NCBI GenBank assembly: GCA_963693365.1
Contig: CAVNZM010000011.1
Span: forward strand, 2,588,989 to 2,652,988
From: Amoebidium appalachense
Lineage: Eukaryota > Protista > Ichthyosporea
Length of the DNA stretch: 64,000 nucleotides
Direction of reading: 5' to 3'
In this document: in pieces, positions 1 through 13,702 of the stretch
Numbering within the stretch: position 1 is the first letter of the stretch
How the letters are laid out: every line of letters begins with the position of its first letter
Position numbers and translations under genes: made by a program
Notes under the pieces: generated by a model
What the model was told of the DNA's origin: nothing
What the model saw: the letters and a program-made list of their open reading frames with translations, nothing else
The model's database searches: none

Positions 1-93
1 GGGGCAAAAATCTCACAAACCTGTGGGCTAGATTCAGTCGATTTCGAATGCATGCCGAGGCCTACGAATTACTATCGTTAGTAACGTTTTCTC

Positions 94-209
<116 letters not shown>

Positions 210-310
210 ACTCACACACTCACACACTCACACTCACTCACTCACTCACTCACTCACTCACACTCACACTCACACTCACACTCACACTCACACACTCACA
301 CACACACACA

Positions 311-378
<68 letters not shown>

Positions 379-436
379 CACACTCACACTCACACACTCA
401 CACTCACACTCACACTCACACTCACACTCACACTCA

Positions 437-480
<44 letters not shown>

Positions 481-484
481 ACAG

Positions 485-642
485 TCCTTCAGCGTGCCCG
501 TAATTGTGTGCTGTGAGACGTACAAGTTTTGGGACCGAAGGGTGCAAACAGATTCGTTTGTCTACAACGAAGTCGGTATGTGCCCCCCCCCCCCCCCCCC
601 CCCCTCCCCCCCTCCCCCCCCCATCTACACCCACACACACAC

Positions 643-710
<68 letters not shown>

Positions 711-928
711 CACACACACAGACCCGGATGGTTCGTTACTCTTCACGTGTGCACACACACACGGGGGGGGGGGGGGGGGGTATACATCATCCTGGCTTGG
801 CCCCCTCCACCTATTTGGTATGGTTTTTCTTGGCCCATGATCATTGTTAGCCTTCAGCATCTTGTCGACTATACCCCACCACAACCACAACCACCACCAC
901 CGCTACCCCTACCCTTTATCCTCCCTTT

Positions 929-959
<31 letters not shown>

Positions 960-1545
960 CTCCCCTCTCTCTTCCTCTTCTTCCCCCCCCACTCCCCACC
1001 ATTTTTTTTGTTTTGACCCATCCACCTTTTTCTTGCCATTCTATTTTTCAAACTTCAATTGTACACACCCGTCACTCGGGTACTGTAGACAACTTGGGTT
1101 TCCCCGCAGGATGGGCTCTGTGTGTTAAGCATACTTTTATGTGTGGTTTGCACTCTGCATTGTGTTGTTCGTTACGAATGTGTAACTTTGCACTCTATAA
1201 CACATTCCAAATCCCCCTCTCCCCCATTTGCAGCACGCACACACACGTTATGTCTCCTAAACCCAAACATCTGCTCGTTCTTAGCTCCGACCCCTCAATT
1301 TGGTGTTTCTTTCTTCCCTTACACAGATGACCCCGAGAAACTGGTGGCAACAGTCAAGGGGGGAAACGAACACCCGTCCGCTGGAGGGGTGGAAGGAACA
1401 CGCACACCTGCACCCCCTAAACCTCCTGTACGATGTAACCCCGCCAAATTTCATCGATATGGTTATTACGGAGGTGGGGCTGATTCCGTGCACGTCTGTG
1501 CCCGTGGTGCTGCGTGAGTATGACATCACCAAGAATATTATTTGA
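485..1545 (+). CDS. EIF2B4: Translation initiation factor eIF2B subunit delta, last two exons (5' part lies upstream of the window)
   Basis: Exon 485-575 [30 protein letters not shown] and exon 1327-1545 DDPEKL...[47 protein letters not shown] carry the eIF2B-delta C-terminal motifs. GT at 576, AG at 1325-1326. One extra G in the G6 run at 1358-1363 must be removed to keep frame. Confidence 0.92.
1073..1217 (+). repeat. Diverged short member of the poly(C)-ended repeat family
   Basis: ACTCGGGTACTGT...CAGGATGGGCTCTG...GCATACT...CATTCCAAATCCCCC. Confidence 0.65.
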
Positions 1546-1730
1546 GAGACGGGAAAACCTCTCAACCCGTAGTTTTAGGTTTGAGTTTTCTACACATCTT
1601 TGTTGCTATTTGGGGGCCGTGAGTGCTTTAAGGAGACGTTTTGCTGGCAAAACGAACCCCTTGATTTGTAAGATTGGGTTTTTGGTTCGGAGGATGATTG
1701 TGTACGATTTTACTCGCACACTGGTGTACG

Positions 1731-1783
<53 letters not shown>

Positions 1784-2128
1784 ATACACACGCGTGCACA
1801 CACAGTGACACGCGCACACACACGTTCACACACACAAGTAGGCACAGTCACGGCGCCCTTTGACATACAGTATCCAGTGACACACGGCACACGCCACTGT
1901 GACCCTACACACCAAGGGCCACTATGCATGTCAATGATTCACGGTAACTTCGATTTCAAATTATTGAACATGGTACTAGCCACACTGTAACACACCACAT
2001 CAGATATTTTACACTCAATAATGTATGCACTATCCTGTAGCTGTGCTATGGGGTGCAACATATGCATAGTTATTTGTACATATATGTCGACAGCGCTGTC
2101 CCGCCCCCCCCCCGCCCCCCTCTCTCTC

Positions 2129-2167
<39 letters not shown>

Positions 2168-3124
2168 GTACCATACACACGCACACACACACAGTGTACC
2201 ACACACACACACACACACACACACAGTGTACCATACACACACACACACACACACACAGTGTACCATACACACACATGTGTACACACCTCCTTCGACCGGA
2301 CACATGAGTTGCAATGAACGCTGTACACACACCACCACGTGCACACCACACGTGTTGCACAGCTAGGCAGCTCATCGGAACGAATACATGTCCAGGTGGA
2401 CAGCCACGTCTCAATATCGGGGTGAACGAATTCGAATGCACACACGCGCCTGCAGTACGTGCAGCTATAGCGCTACACGGGAATCCTGCTTTGTCATACT
2501 CAAAAGTACACGTGTGTTTGTGTGTTTGCACGTGTGTGTGTGTGTGTGTGCGTGAGTGTGTGCGTGTGCGTTTGCGTGCGTGCGCGCGTGCGTGCGTGTA
2601 TGTGTCTTGTGTGTGTGTTCGTTGCCGATGCCGGTTACGTAATCATACTGTGGTCACGTGATTGCATTGCGCAAGTATGTCTATTCCCATTGGTCAGCTA
2701 TAACAGCCCCTTGAACCGGCAGCGGCAGTCTCTGGGGACCATCAGTGTTCCGTGCACGTGTACATCTGTATGCGCGTTCAGTTGTCAGTTCACGTGTCTC
2801 ACAAACTCAGGAATACGCATGTTCCAAAGAACACTATTTAGAGGAAAGTAAGACTGGAATACCGCCGCACGTGCCCGCTACATGTAGCTTGACTTGTTTT
2901 AGTGTATTTACTTGACGTGTGTTCAGCCGCAAAGATTTTTGCAAGACCCCTCCCTGCCAAAGCACGCCACTCGAGCATACCTGATCATAATTAAGGCAAA
3001 CATTACTATTGCAAGTTTACTGTCCAGGAAGTAATATATACCCCTTAGTCGACCCACAACTGGACTTTTATACTGCCGGCTTGCCGTTCGCTCGGCTTTT
3101 TTCTCGTTGTGTTTTGTTTTCACC

Positions 3125-5373
3125 ATGGGGAAGTCTATTCGGTCCAAGAAGATTCGCAAGAACAAGGCAGCACTCAAAGTGCGCTATGCAGCTCGCTTCC
3201 AGAAACAGCTGGAGCAGACGGTACGTGCGCGCGTTTGCGCGTGTTGTTGTGCTTTTTGCACGTGCAGCTGTGTGTGCTGGTGCTTCTGTCGCCATGGATG
3301 TTCTGTTTGTTTGACTTTGGCATGCATCACAGGTGGTTCTGTATGCACGAGGGTGGTGCGCACGTTCCAGACTTAGTGTATAGAGGTAGCGGGGGGGGGG
3401 GGGGGGGGGGGGGGGGGAGGCGAAGGGGAGGGGAGGCGGGGGGGGAGGAAGGGGAGGAGGGGAGGGGGTAAGGGGGGGGGAGGCGGGTTTGAGGGGGGGG
3501 GATTCAAGGGCTGGATTCTGGAGAGGTTCTAAGTGTTTGGGACATTGTTTAAGGTTGTTTACAGTCGGATGGCGTTCTCGAGGGTGTGTTGTTATTTGGT
3601 TGGGTGTTGGTTCGATATTAAGACCGGTAACTGAGATTCTTCAGTGTGGTTAGGTCTTTGTCACCTGGGTGTGCGTGTTGTTGTGTTTTCTGTGTGCGTG
3701 CGTGAGGATATGTGCCGTGTGTGTGTGTGGGTGAGTGGGTGGGTGGGTGGCTGTCGATGTGTGTATGCTTGTGGGTGTGTGTGAGTGTGGGTGTGGGGCG
3801 TGTGTGTGTGTATGGTGGGGAAGGGAAGGGTTGGGGGGGGAGGGGAAATGACATGTGTGTTGGTGTGTTTGTGCTCGTGGGTATATCTGTGCACTTGTGC
3901 TGTCTCGTGCTGTGCACCTGCTTGTGTTGACGAGTGTAGGTGTTTGTGCATGACCGTCGGTGTTGGGTGAGGGGGGGGGGGGGGGGGTATTTGGCGTGTA
4001 TGTGGTCTTGCCTGCTTGTTTAGTGTACGGCTTGCATCCCCAATAAAGAGCACTTGTTCCCTTATGATATCCCCCCTCCCCCCTGCCTTCTCCCGTCCCC
4101 TCGTTCTCTCCTTGACTCTTGGCTTCGATGCCTTTTTATGGTTGGGCATCATTTTCTCCTTCTGTCTCTCCAACGTGTTGCTTTCTCTTGTTTTCCTCGA
4201 CCACCACTACACTGATCCTCTAACAAGCTATGATGTGCATGCCTTTGTACCATTCCCCCCTTCTCTCCTTCCCCCCCCTCTCTTGTCTCCCGTTTAATGT
4301 CCTTGTGTGCCTGTGATGCCTCAAGCACACACGTCCGCACCTCCCCTTTCGCTCTTTCTCACTCTTTCTCTCTCCCCCCCCCCCCCCCTCCCCCTCCATT
4401 CTTTTTTTTTGCCCCCCCCCCCCCCCCCTCCCCCCCCCCTCTCGCTCTGTTTCCTTTCTTACCCTTGTTTTTGTTTGTTACCATGGGGTTTGGCCCTGTT
4501 CATCCCATTGCCTCCAGTTATCAAGGGCGCAGGTGGAGTACATATTACAGACAGACACGCTGATGTATGATGCGACCGTGATTGCTGTTATCTTTTTTGA
4601 TCGGCACCATCTCCCCCCCCCCCCCCCCCCCCCCCGGTTTCGTTAACGAGGTGAATAGGTCGAAACTCGGGTACTGTGGATGACGTGGGCCCCCCCTGAG
4701 GATGGGCTCTGCTTATTATGCATACTCTTTATGTATGGCTTGCATTCTGCATCGTGTTATCCGTTTGTTCTTGTGTACTTCGTACTTTTTGACGCATTCA
4801 ACCCCCCCCCCCCCCCCCCCCTTCTCCAAACCTATCTCTGTTATGTGCCGTGGGGAAGTGGTTCTGTACCTGCACTCCCAAAACGAGCTAACAACTGTAT
4901 ATTATTTTATTTCCTAATATGGCTATTTGGGACCCTCAGGTTCAAGGTCTGCCGGTGGTAGCAAAAGAAGAAATGCTAGTGGACGCTACAGAGGGTGCCG
5001 GTAGGTGCACCTACCACACACACACAGACACACACAGACACACAAACACACACATGCACACACACACACACACACATACACACGTACATACCCACACACA
5101 CGTACACACGTACACGTACACACCCACACGCATGCTAACTTGCACGGGAACACAAACACACACATTCCACACATGCATACATGCAGTACACATGCATATT
5201 CACTCATTAATTGGCTCATTGTGGGAGCTTGGGGTGTATGTTCCAGCTCTATTGGCCGTATGATGTTATATATAACCCCTGTGTCGGTGATCGCTTGCCC
5301 ATTTCTCTTGCCTGTTTTTTTTTTGTTTGTTTTAATGACATTCCTCAACCCCCCACTCCAAAACACACGCGCG

Positions 5374-5428
<55 letters not shown>

Positions 5429-5552
5429 TCTGTTTGTGTTTTTTTTTTATTACTATTATATTTTCTTCATTATCCTCAACTTCTTCTTGTAAAAGATGTG
5501 TGTGTGCCCATCCGACAGTGTAGCATCTCCAAGTACCCCCCTCCCCCCCCCC

Positions 5553-5583
<31 letters not shown>

Positions 5584-6375
5584 ACACAAACGTGTCGTGT
5601 CCGTCCCTCCGGCTAATAGGTGTCGTTAACCCTACACCTCTCTCTCTCTCTCTCTCTCTCTCCCCCCCCCCCCCCCCCCCCCCTTCTGGCACCCTTTACC
5701 CCTCGGTTTTTTCATTGTACGTGCACAAGCACCAACCACGCAAAGACGAGAACGAACGCTCATGCACTCACGTTAACAGAGATGTAAGCGCACCCGAGAC
5801 ACACACATGAAAGTAACACACACGTGCAAACACTAGGTATGCATGGGGTGGAGGAAGGACGGGTGCACGCATAGTGGGAAAATCAGGGATCCAATCAACT
5901 ATCTGGCTTTTCCTTTCCATAGGCATATGATTGGCTGCAAATCACGAGTCCCTAACCAATGGTTCTGTTTCTTTCAGCTCCTGCAGAGGCTGCGGCCCCA
6001 CAAGCACCAGACAGCGTACGTGATCACCCCCCCCCCCCCCCCCCCGGCTCTTTTTTTTTTTTTTTTTTTTTTTTATTTGCCCCTTGCAAAAACCGCCTTG
6101 TACCGTCATGATTGTGCACCTCGTACTCTGTAGCACATTTTTCCCCCCCACCCACCCACCCACCCCAACCCCCTCCCCCACCACCACCACCCACCCCGAG
6201 ATGCACGCACAGGCACATGTACATGTGCGCGCACACACACACACACACACACCTGCCGAACTGTGGGTTTTGATAAACGCCTCTTGCCCGCATATTTAAT
6301 ATGGTTTGATATTTTGCGACTTTCATTGTTGTGGCCGTGTTTTCTGGTCCACTTTTGTTCTTCGCATTGCCCCCC

Positions 6376-6413
<38 letters not shown>

Positions 6414-6453
6414 ACCTACTGTACTGCAATCTAAACCCCTGGTGGTTTGGGCC

Positions 6454-6501
<48 letters not shown>

Positions 6502-7236
6502 ACATACACACAACCACCACCACCTGAGAATTATTCAGGGTTTCATCTCCAATCTCTCTGTACACTTTCTGTTAAAGTGTATGTGCGGCGGGCTAGCAAG
6601 AGCTGTTCAACAGATTTATTTGTGGGGTCTGAATGACGGTTTGCACATGTTCTGCCCTCCCCATCTCACCAAACTCCCTACCTCTTTAACGCATACACGC
6701 GCGTGCACACACACACACACACACACACACTCACTCACTCACTCACTAATGCTTACACCAACACACGCACACACACACGTGCGCGCGCGCCGCGTACACA
6801 CAAACACACACACGCACACACACACATACACACACACAACCACCACCATCGGCACACCACAAGGGGAAGTGCAATTCTGTTTCCTGTAGTTTACATTCCT
6901 TTTTGAAACCTATGTTTTTTCAATGTTTCTTTAGCGCATGCCCATGTGCATACATACACAGCACTTGCACTCACACTCATGTCGCACTCATAATTGGCAC
7001 TATATTGACCGCATGTGTCTGAATCAATAAGAAGCAGGGAGTATTGAGATGTTGAGATGTTGGTACACACGTGCATGAAACCTATTAACACGTGATTTCA
7101 TTGGCAGGACGGGGATGTTGGTATGGACACTATTCCGATTATCAGCAAATCGGCGATCAAAAAGAAGAGAACACAGAAGAAACTTAAGCAGCTGAAAAAG
7201 AAGGGCATTAATCCCAAGAAGTTTAACTGGACATGA
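3125..7236 (+). CDS. LLPH: Small basic LLP/LAPS18-like protein, 107 aa, 4 exons
   Basis: Exons 3125-3220, 4940-5000, 5978-6015, 7108-7236, all GT-AG and phase-consistent. Product MGKSIRSKKIRKNKAALKVRY...acidic/Ala linker...KKKRTQKKLKQLKKKGINPKKFNWT*. The MxKSxRSK start and Lys-rich C-terminus with a near-terminal Trp resemble LLP homologues. Gene structure is firmer than the name. Confidence 0.65.
4637..4821 (+). repeat. Diverged short member of the poly(C)-ended repeat family
   Basis: GGTCGAAACTC...GATGACGTGGGCCCCCCCTGAGGATGGGCTCTGCTTAT...GTACTTCGTAC...CGCATTCAA(C)n, flanked by poly-C on both sides. Confidence 0.75.
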
Positions 7237-7387
7237 GCACTGCTCCGCGTCTTTAGATTTTCTTTTTATTTTTATTTTCATCTTGTTTTGATTATATTAT
7301 ATTTTCATATTGTTGTGCTGGGTGATGTTTGGTGATTTGAGCAGAAGGGGAGGGCGATGCCTTTTGTTTGTGTGTTTGTTTGTTTTG

Positions 7388-7434
<47 letters not shown>

Positions 7435-7834
7435 CTATTTGAGAGGATGAACTCGATCTCTATGCGCGTTGTCTACACACGAACACACATGCAGATACCG
7501 CAGACACGCACACACATATCTGTGCCCATACATACATGCAGTGCATGTGATTACGTTCTTGGACATACCAACTGTACATGCTAGATGTAACGTTAGTTGA
7601 TGAGAACCACGACCGTTGAAAATTAAAAACGGAGCCTCATTACTTACCGGCTGCTGCTACCCTCCCCCCCCCCCCCCCCCCCCCTCCCCTCTTCCGTTCT
7701 TTTTCCTTTCCTCTCAATCCCCCCCCCCCCTCCCTGCCCTCCCCTTCCCGGAGTCCTCTCCAGTCCTTTACCTTTGCCTCCCATCCCACCTCCCCCGCCC
7801 CCTTCCTCCCCCCCCCGAACACCCAACACCCCCC

Positions 7835-7869
<35 letters not shown>

Positions 7870-8165
7870 TGTGTCCTGTCGACATTTATCACCCAAATAG
7901 CAGCTCTTCGTGTCACATTGCCGCTAGGCTATGCCTTGACGCCCACATGACAATGTGTCCACACAAAGATAATGGCACTGTAAAACCAACATCACCGGTT
8001 GTAACAGTTTCCTGCCCAGTACGCACCTGATATCATCGATGGCCATATGGTGGTCTGAAGAATCGTCACACAAGGGACAAGGGAGAACTAACAAAGGAAC
8101 AGGTATGGTTGCCCGGGGGAGAGGAGGGCTGTGGTGGTGGTGGTGGTGGTGGGGAGGGATTTAAA

Positions 8166-8200
<35 letters not shown>

Positions 8201-8651
8201 CACTGGAGAATGTGTGCGTACGATACACGTGTGTGTGTGTGAGTTTCTGCAAAGATGGGTTTGCACCATACAACAATTTGTGATACTGGGCGGGGAGGGG
8301 AAGGCGCCGGGGGGAGGGAGGGGGGGAGGGGGGGGGGGAGGATATAGAAAGAAACCGGCCACCAGTATCAGATGGGAAAATGTGCAGATGTATACAACAC
8401 AACTAAGAGAATTCGAATGGTTAGAGTTCTCCGGCCCTCCTTTCTCTCCCTTGCACTATACAAATCCCACACCGACACCCACACAATGTACTGAGAGTCT
8501 CTTTCCCTCCCTCCTTCTCTCTCAGCCTTCTCGTTCTCTCTCTCTCTAGTCTCTCGGAGACTCTCTCCCTCTCTCCCTCTTTCAGGCTCCCCCCCCCCCC
8601 CCCCCCCTTCACCTCTCCTCTCCCTGTCAACCCCCCCCCCCCCCCCCCCCC

Positions 8652-8691
<40 letters not shown>

Positions 8692-8856
8692 CTCTCTCTC
8701 ACACACAACACCTTCACACCTCTCGCTCTTTTTCAATACTATTATGATATATATATATATATATCACACAATGATTCATGTGGCGTTATAATGTTTTGTT
8801 TTTGTTTTGTTTTGTTTTTATTTTTTGCGTGTGCGTGTCGCAGTGCACGCACGTGC

Positions 8857-8887
<31 letters not shown>

Positions 8888-9389
8888 TGTGTGTTGTTGG
8901 TGGTGGTGGTAGTGGTGGGTGGGTGGGTGGGGGGGGGGGGGGGGGGGGGGAGGGGGGGGGGGGGGGGGGGGAGGGGGGGGGGGGGGGGGGGGCGGTTGTT
9001 CTTTTTTGGTTTTGGGTTGGGGGGAGAGGGGGGGGGGGGGGGGGGGGAGGGGGGCAAATTAGCCTAAGGCGTATTACACTGTGGCAGTCCGTGAGCGTGT
9101 CCATGTGTGTGTGTGCGTGTGTGTGACCGTGTATTGTTCAGTACGTGTGCGCTGCGTGCGGCGTGTTCATGCGTGCGTATGACATTGTGCGTGTGTGGGT
9201 GCCTGCGTGCACGAGTTCCGTATACGGCTGTTCTTCTGCCTGTCTGTTTTTGTGAGTGTGTGGGTGTGGGTGAGTGTGTGTGAGTGTGTGTGAGTGTAGT
9301 GTGTGAATGTGTGTGTGTGTGTGCACGGTGTGCGTGTGCCACGTGTGTGTGTATACCTGTGTGTGTATGTGTGTGCGTGCATGTGCCAC

Positions 9390-9422
<33 letters not shown>

Positions 9423-9937
9423 TTTCATGTGCGTGTGCCTGCACGTGATTGTGACGGTGTGTGCGTTTGCCATACTGGAGTCGGCTTGCTGTTCCCAAGT
9501 TGAACGTGGTGAAGCGGTGGTTGTGGTCTGCTATGATCTCTTTTGTGCACCATGGCCGACTTTTAATAAAATTCTAAAAGAAATGCACACGGATACGGGT
9601 TGCGGTTGGAAAAACGTTGAGGAAGGCCACGTGACGAATAACAAGGCGTGAGCGTCGGGGGAGGGGGTCGAGGGGGGGTGGGGGGAAGGGGGGGGGGGGG
9701 GGGGGGGGGGGTGGGAGGGGGGGGGAGAGGGATTTTAAGACTTATTGGGCACGCCCACTGTTTGTATTCAGTGATTGAGCAACAAGTAATTGCGCTGTCG
9801 GCATGATCATGAGAGCTGTCGGCATGATCATGAGATGCTAACTAAGGGTTGTAGCCTACCGTCTGATATCAGCTGGAGAGGGGAGAACCCCCCGGGCCCT
9901 CAGTTTTTTTTTGTTTTTGTTTTTAAGAGGAAGGGGC

Positions 9938-9971
<34 letters not shown>

Positions 9972-10200
9972 ATGCCTAGTTAGCGTATTTGCAGGTCACT
10001 TGAGGCTGATAACTTTAGATACTATCATGGATGTGGATCTAGGAGGTGTCATTATTGCCATCATGGTTTCAAGTTGATGAATGACCATCATATACAGACT
10101 AATATTGGTCATTTTTGAATGGGTCCTCCCCTGGGCCATGGTGCCTCCCCTTCCCCCTTCCCCTCCTCCAGCAAGCAGATCTAGGGTGGTGGTTGGGGAA

Positions 10201-10231
<31 letters not shown>

Positions 10232-10248
10232 TGGGGGGGGCGAGGGCC

Positions 10249-10283
<35 letters not shown>

Positions 10284-10284
10284 C

Positions 10285-10318
<34 letters not shown>

Positions 10319-10436
10319 AATTCCTAAATGTTCTCAGTATATTGCGCTAATCACACCGTCTATTAATACTAGGGTTGCACGGGTGTAAATCGTACGTGAC
10401 TGCACGTAGATGCCGTATGTAACCGTTAGAGGCCAG

Positions 10437-10471
<35 letters not shown>

Positions 10472-10992
10472 CCCACTTCTCCTTTTCTTTTTATTTTTTA
10501 TTTTTAAAAAAAAAACAAAAAAAAAAAAAAACTTGTCAATCAGGGAATCGTATTGTGTCTTTCCAACGCCTTACATATACATTTATTCGACCATGGATGG
10601 ATACTGGAGTTGGGTATGTATATACCCAGGCTGCACGTACATATGGGTTGCAATGAGCTTATAATATTAACACCGTTCTCGAAATCTAACAGTCGAAGTA
10701 TTGATAGATTACGTACCACGTTGCGCTCTGCCAGTGTGCTATGTACTTATAAACTGCAATCTATCTAGCTATAGAGTACAGTATTTCATCCTTCCCTACG
10801 AACACAACTTGGAGACCGCCTGAGTATACGTATACATACCTAAGTCTCAAATTTAGTATGATTATTAAACCGCGCCCGTTGAACATGTATCGTTAACTTA
10901 CTGCATAGCTATAGTATTGCCGGTAAATAATGAATCGTGCGATGCTGCAAGCCTGCAGCAACTGAAATGATAATAACTATTCGTAAACACTA

Positions 10993-11433
10993 CTACGCCC
11001 TGCAGCAGTATTCGACGGAGCAAACCGGAAGCTTCTTATTGGCGTAGGGCAGGCAGGGCATGGCGTCGGTGGGCCAGGTGTCTGGGGGGCAGTGGGTGTA
11101 TGTTGCGTAGAACCAGTCCTTGCAGTTTTTGGGGGTCGACCCGCCCTCGAGCCCATCATCGGCCTCCTCGCCGCCATCTGCAATGTCGGCCTGCCGCCGT
11201 GCGCGTGTGACTGTCTGCGGCACGCAGCACACATCCACCGTGCACTTGTCGAACACCTCGTGGCCCATCCAGCGCGCACACCGTCTGTTGCTCCACACGT
11301 CGTAGTGGCCAGGGCATGCACCATTGTCGGAGGCGTCCCACTCGCTGCATGTCATGACGTAGTTCCGGGTGCGGGGGTGGGTGGCGCGGCCCGAGGCAAC
11401 AGCCAACGCAGCGGCGAGCAGAATAACCTTCAT
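10993..11433 (-). CDS. Secreted cysteine-rich prepropeptide, copy A (146 aa, intronless)
   Basis: MKVILLAAALAVASG signal-peptide-like start; two 6-Cys domains separated by RARR and an acidic spacer; GC-rich codons; 139/146 aa identical to copy B. Confidence 0.88.
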   Translation of the reverse strand: MKVILLAAALAVASGRATHPRTRNYVMTCSEWDASDNGACPGHYDVWSNRRCARWMGHEVFDKCTVDVCCVPQTVTRARRQADIADGGEEADDGLEGGSTPKNCKDWFYATYTHCPPDTWPTDAMPCLPYANKKLPVCSVEYCCRA

Positions 11434-12813
11434 GATGGATTTTCGAGGTAAAAACCTTAAAATGTGGTGGAGATCTGTCGAATCCGATGTTTTCAACGGG
11501 GTGCAAGTGCTTTTATACCTGCATGCAGGCCCTGCAGGGCTGCCCATAGTTTGAATTCGACATATCCGGCAATTACGAGAGAAAGGTAAACATTGCCGGA
11601 TTGGCGTATTTAAAATAGTTGTGATGATTGTTCGACCCGGGGGTTGAATGGCGTGAGGGTTAATAAAACGCGAATTCTTATATAAACACGAGCTAGTGTC
11701 TAATATTCAGTGCCTGCAATCCATGTTCAAGAGATTGTCTGCCCTAATAATTCTAGCAGTGCTACTCAACGTGCATACAGCTGGATCTGTGAGTCAGAGG
11801 GCTGTAAGGTTCATTGCCAGAGCCTTGGTCACGTGCGCAATTCTCCGAGTCCTTATGAGAACCTGGTCCTTCAGCATGTGCGACAATAACAACGAGGCAG
11901 GAAAACCCTACGTATCAAAGACGTCGGAGCACTCATAAATGAGTGTTCATTAACGGTATATTATTATTATTTTCATATAAAGGGTGCTTTTTACAGTCCT
12001 CTGTTTGTTTCCTTGATCACAGAGTGATCTCGGTACAGAAAGGCCGAGCTTGCGCCGAATTCCAATGGCGATAAAAAAGATTCAGGAATGCTGCAGGACT
12101 ATGGGACCCGGCGGGTCAACGTGACTCCCGCAGTCCAACACGCCCGGCCCAGCTGTTCGCTTTTCCATACTGTCTGTAAAAATAATATATGATATTACGA
12201 TGTTTGGGCACACAACGGTATCCTAATTTATTTCTTGTGGAGTAGGTGTACAATATTCTGGTGCTTGCATAGTTCGACAGGTTCCCAATCATTATTTGGG
12301 ATAGCGATCTTGTAAGTTGTAACTATAATGCGTGATATTGAGCCAATTGATAAAGTACCGTCCATTCGGGGACTCCGGCGCAGACTGGCGGCTGGCCGCC
12401 TTGACAACTTGTACATCGGAGAGCACGTTGCAGTGGCGGTTGCACGACGCTCACTGGCTCAGTGATTCACGCTCGCCATACACACATGTTTGGGTTGAGC
12501 ATAAATCTTTCTTGTCTATTTTTTTGAAATTGAGTATGTACTGCTTTTGCATTTACGTTATGCATCGGACAAGAATAGTATACTTAATAAAGCCGTGGAG
12601 GAGTCTGGATGTTGGAAGGTGCGGTACATCACTCTCCACATCCAATCCAGTCAAAGCTAAAGCTTGCAGTAATGCCAAGTCCATTTTCCCAAATACCACA
12701 ACGAGTATATATTGGCTGCCTGCTTTCCAATCTACCTCAGAATTGAACCTCACTGTATCTGATTCACCATATACTCCACATAACCACCGCCACTTCATCC
12801 CACTCCCACCAAC

Positions 12814-13254
12814 ATGAAGGTCATTCTGCTCGCCGCTGCGTTGGCCGTTGCCTCGGGCCGCGCCACCCACCCCCGCACACAGAACTACGTCATGACATGC
12901 GGCGAGTGGGACGCCTCCGACAATGGTGCATGCCCTGGCCACTACGACGTGTGGAGCAACAGACGGTGTGCGCGCTGGATGGGCCACGAGGTGTTCGACA
13001 AGTGCACGGTGGATGTGTGCTGCGTGCCGCAGACAATCACACGCGCACGGCGGCAGGCCGACATTGCAGATGGCGGCGAGGAGGCCGACGACGGGCTCAA
13101 AGGCGGGTCGACGCCCAAAAACTGCAAGGACTGGTTCTACGCCACGTACACCCACTGCCCCCCAGACACCTGGCCCACCGACACCATGCCCTGCCTGCCC
13201 TACGCCAATAAGAAGCTGCCCGTCTGCTCCATCGAATACTGCTGCAGGTCATAG
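12814..13254 (+). CDS. Secreted cysteine-rich prepropeptide, copy B (146 aa, intronless)
   Basis: ORF 12814-13254; inverted near-identical paralogue of 10993-11433 with all 12 Cys conserved. Confidence 0.9.
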   Translation: MKVILLAAALAVASGRATHPRTQNYVMTCGEWDASDNGACPGHYDVWSNRRCARWMGHEVFDKCTVDVCCVPQTITRARRQADIADGGEEADDGLKGGSTPKNCKDWFYATYTHCPPDTWPTDTMPCLPYANKKLPVCSIEYCCRS

Positions 13255-13618
13255 ATTTTTCAACTGTACATGTTAATCGATATGGACGCTCTGATGAGCT
13301 CGTATAAACTGGCACGGCCCGTAGCAATAGATAACATCGGATTTAATAGCAGTAGTAGGCATCATCTTCAAAACCTTAATATGTACGTCCATGTCGGCAT
13401 ACAATATTAATGATCGTCTGGTGTTTGTAGAAGAGTATGTAACCTTGAACAGAATAAACATAAATTTGTTCATACGGTTGATGATTGTCAGCCGGCTGAC
13501 CCTTAATGCAGCAAAGCATGCCCAGACACATCCGTGGGTCGAAGAATGAATAACAGCTTACAGGTCATTATATATATGCATACCATCTGAGTCTCGCACT
13601 GTGAATCTTTGCTAGATG

Positions 13619-13665
<47 letters not shown>

Positions 13666-13671
13666 CGTGTG

Positions 13672-13702
<31 letters not shown>

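Noticed and set aside
1358-1363. Apparent frameshift in the last eIF2B-delta exon (possible recoding or pseudogene)
   Set aside because: Removing one G from a G6 run restores ...[13 protein letters not shown].... In a conserved housekeeping gene within homopolymer-rich sequence, an assembly error is far more likely.
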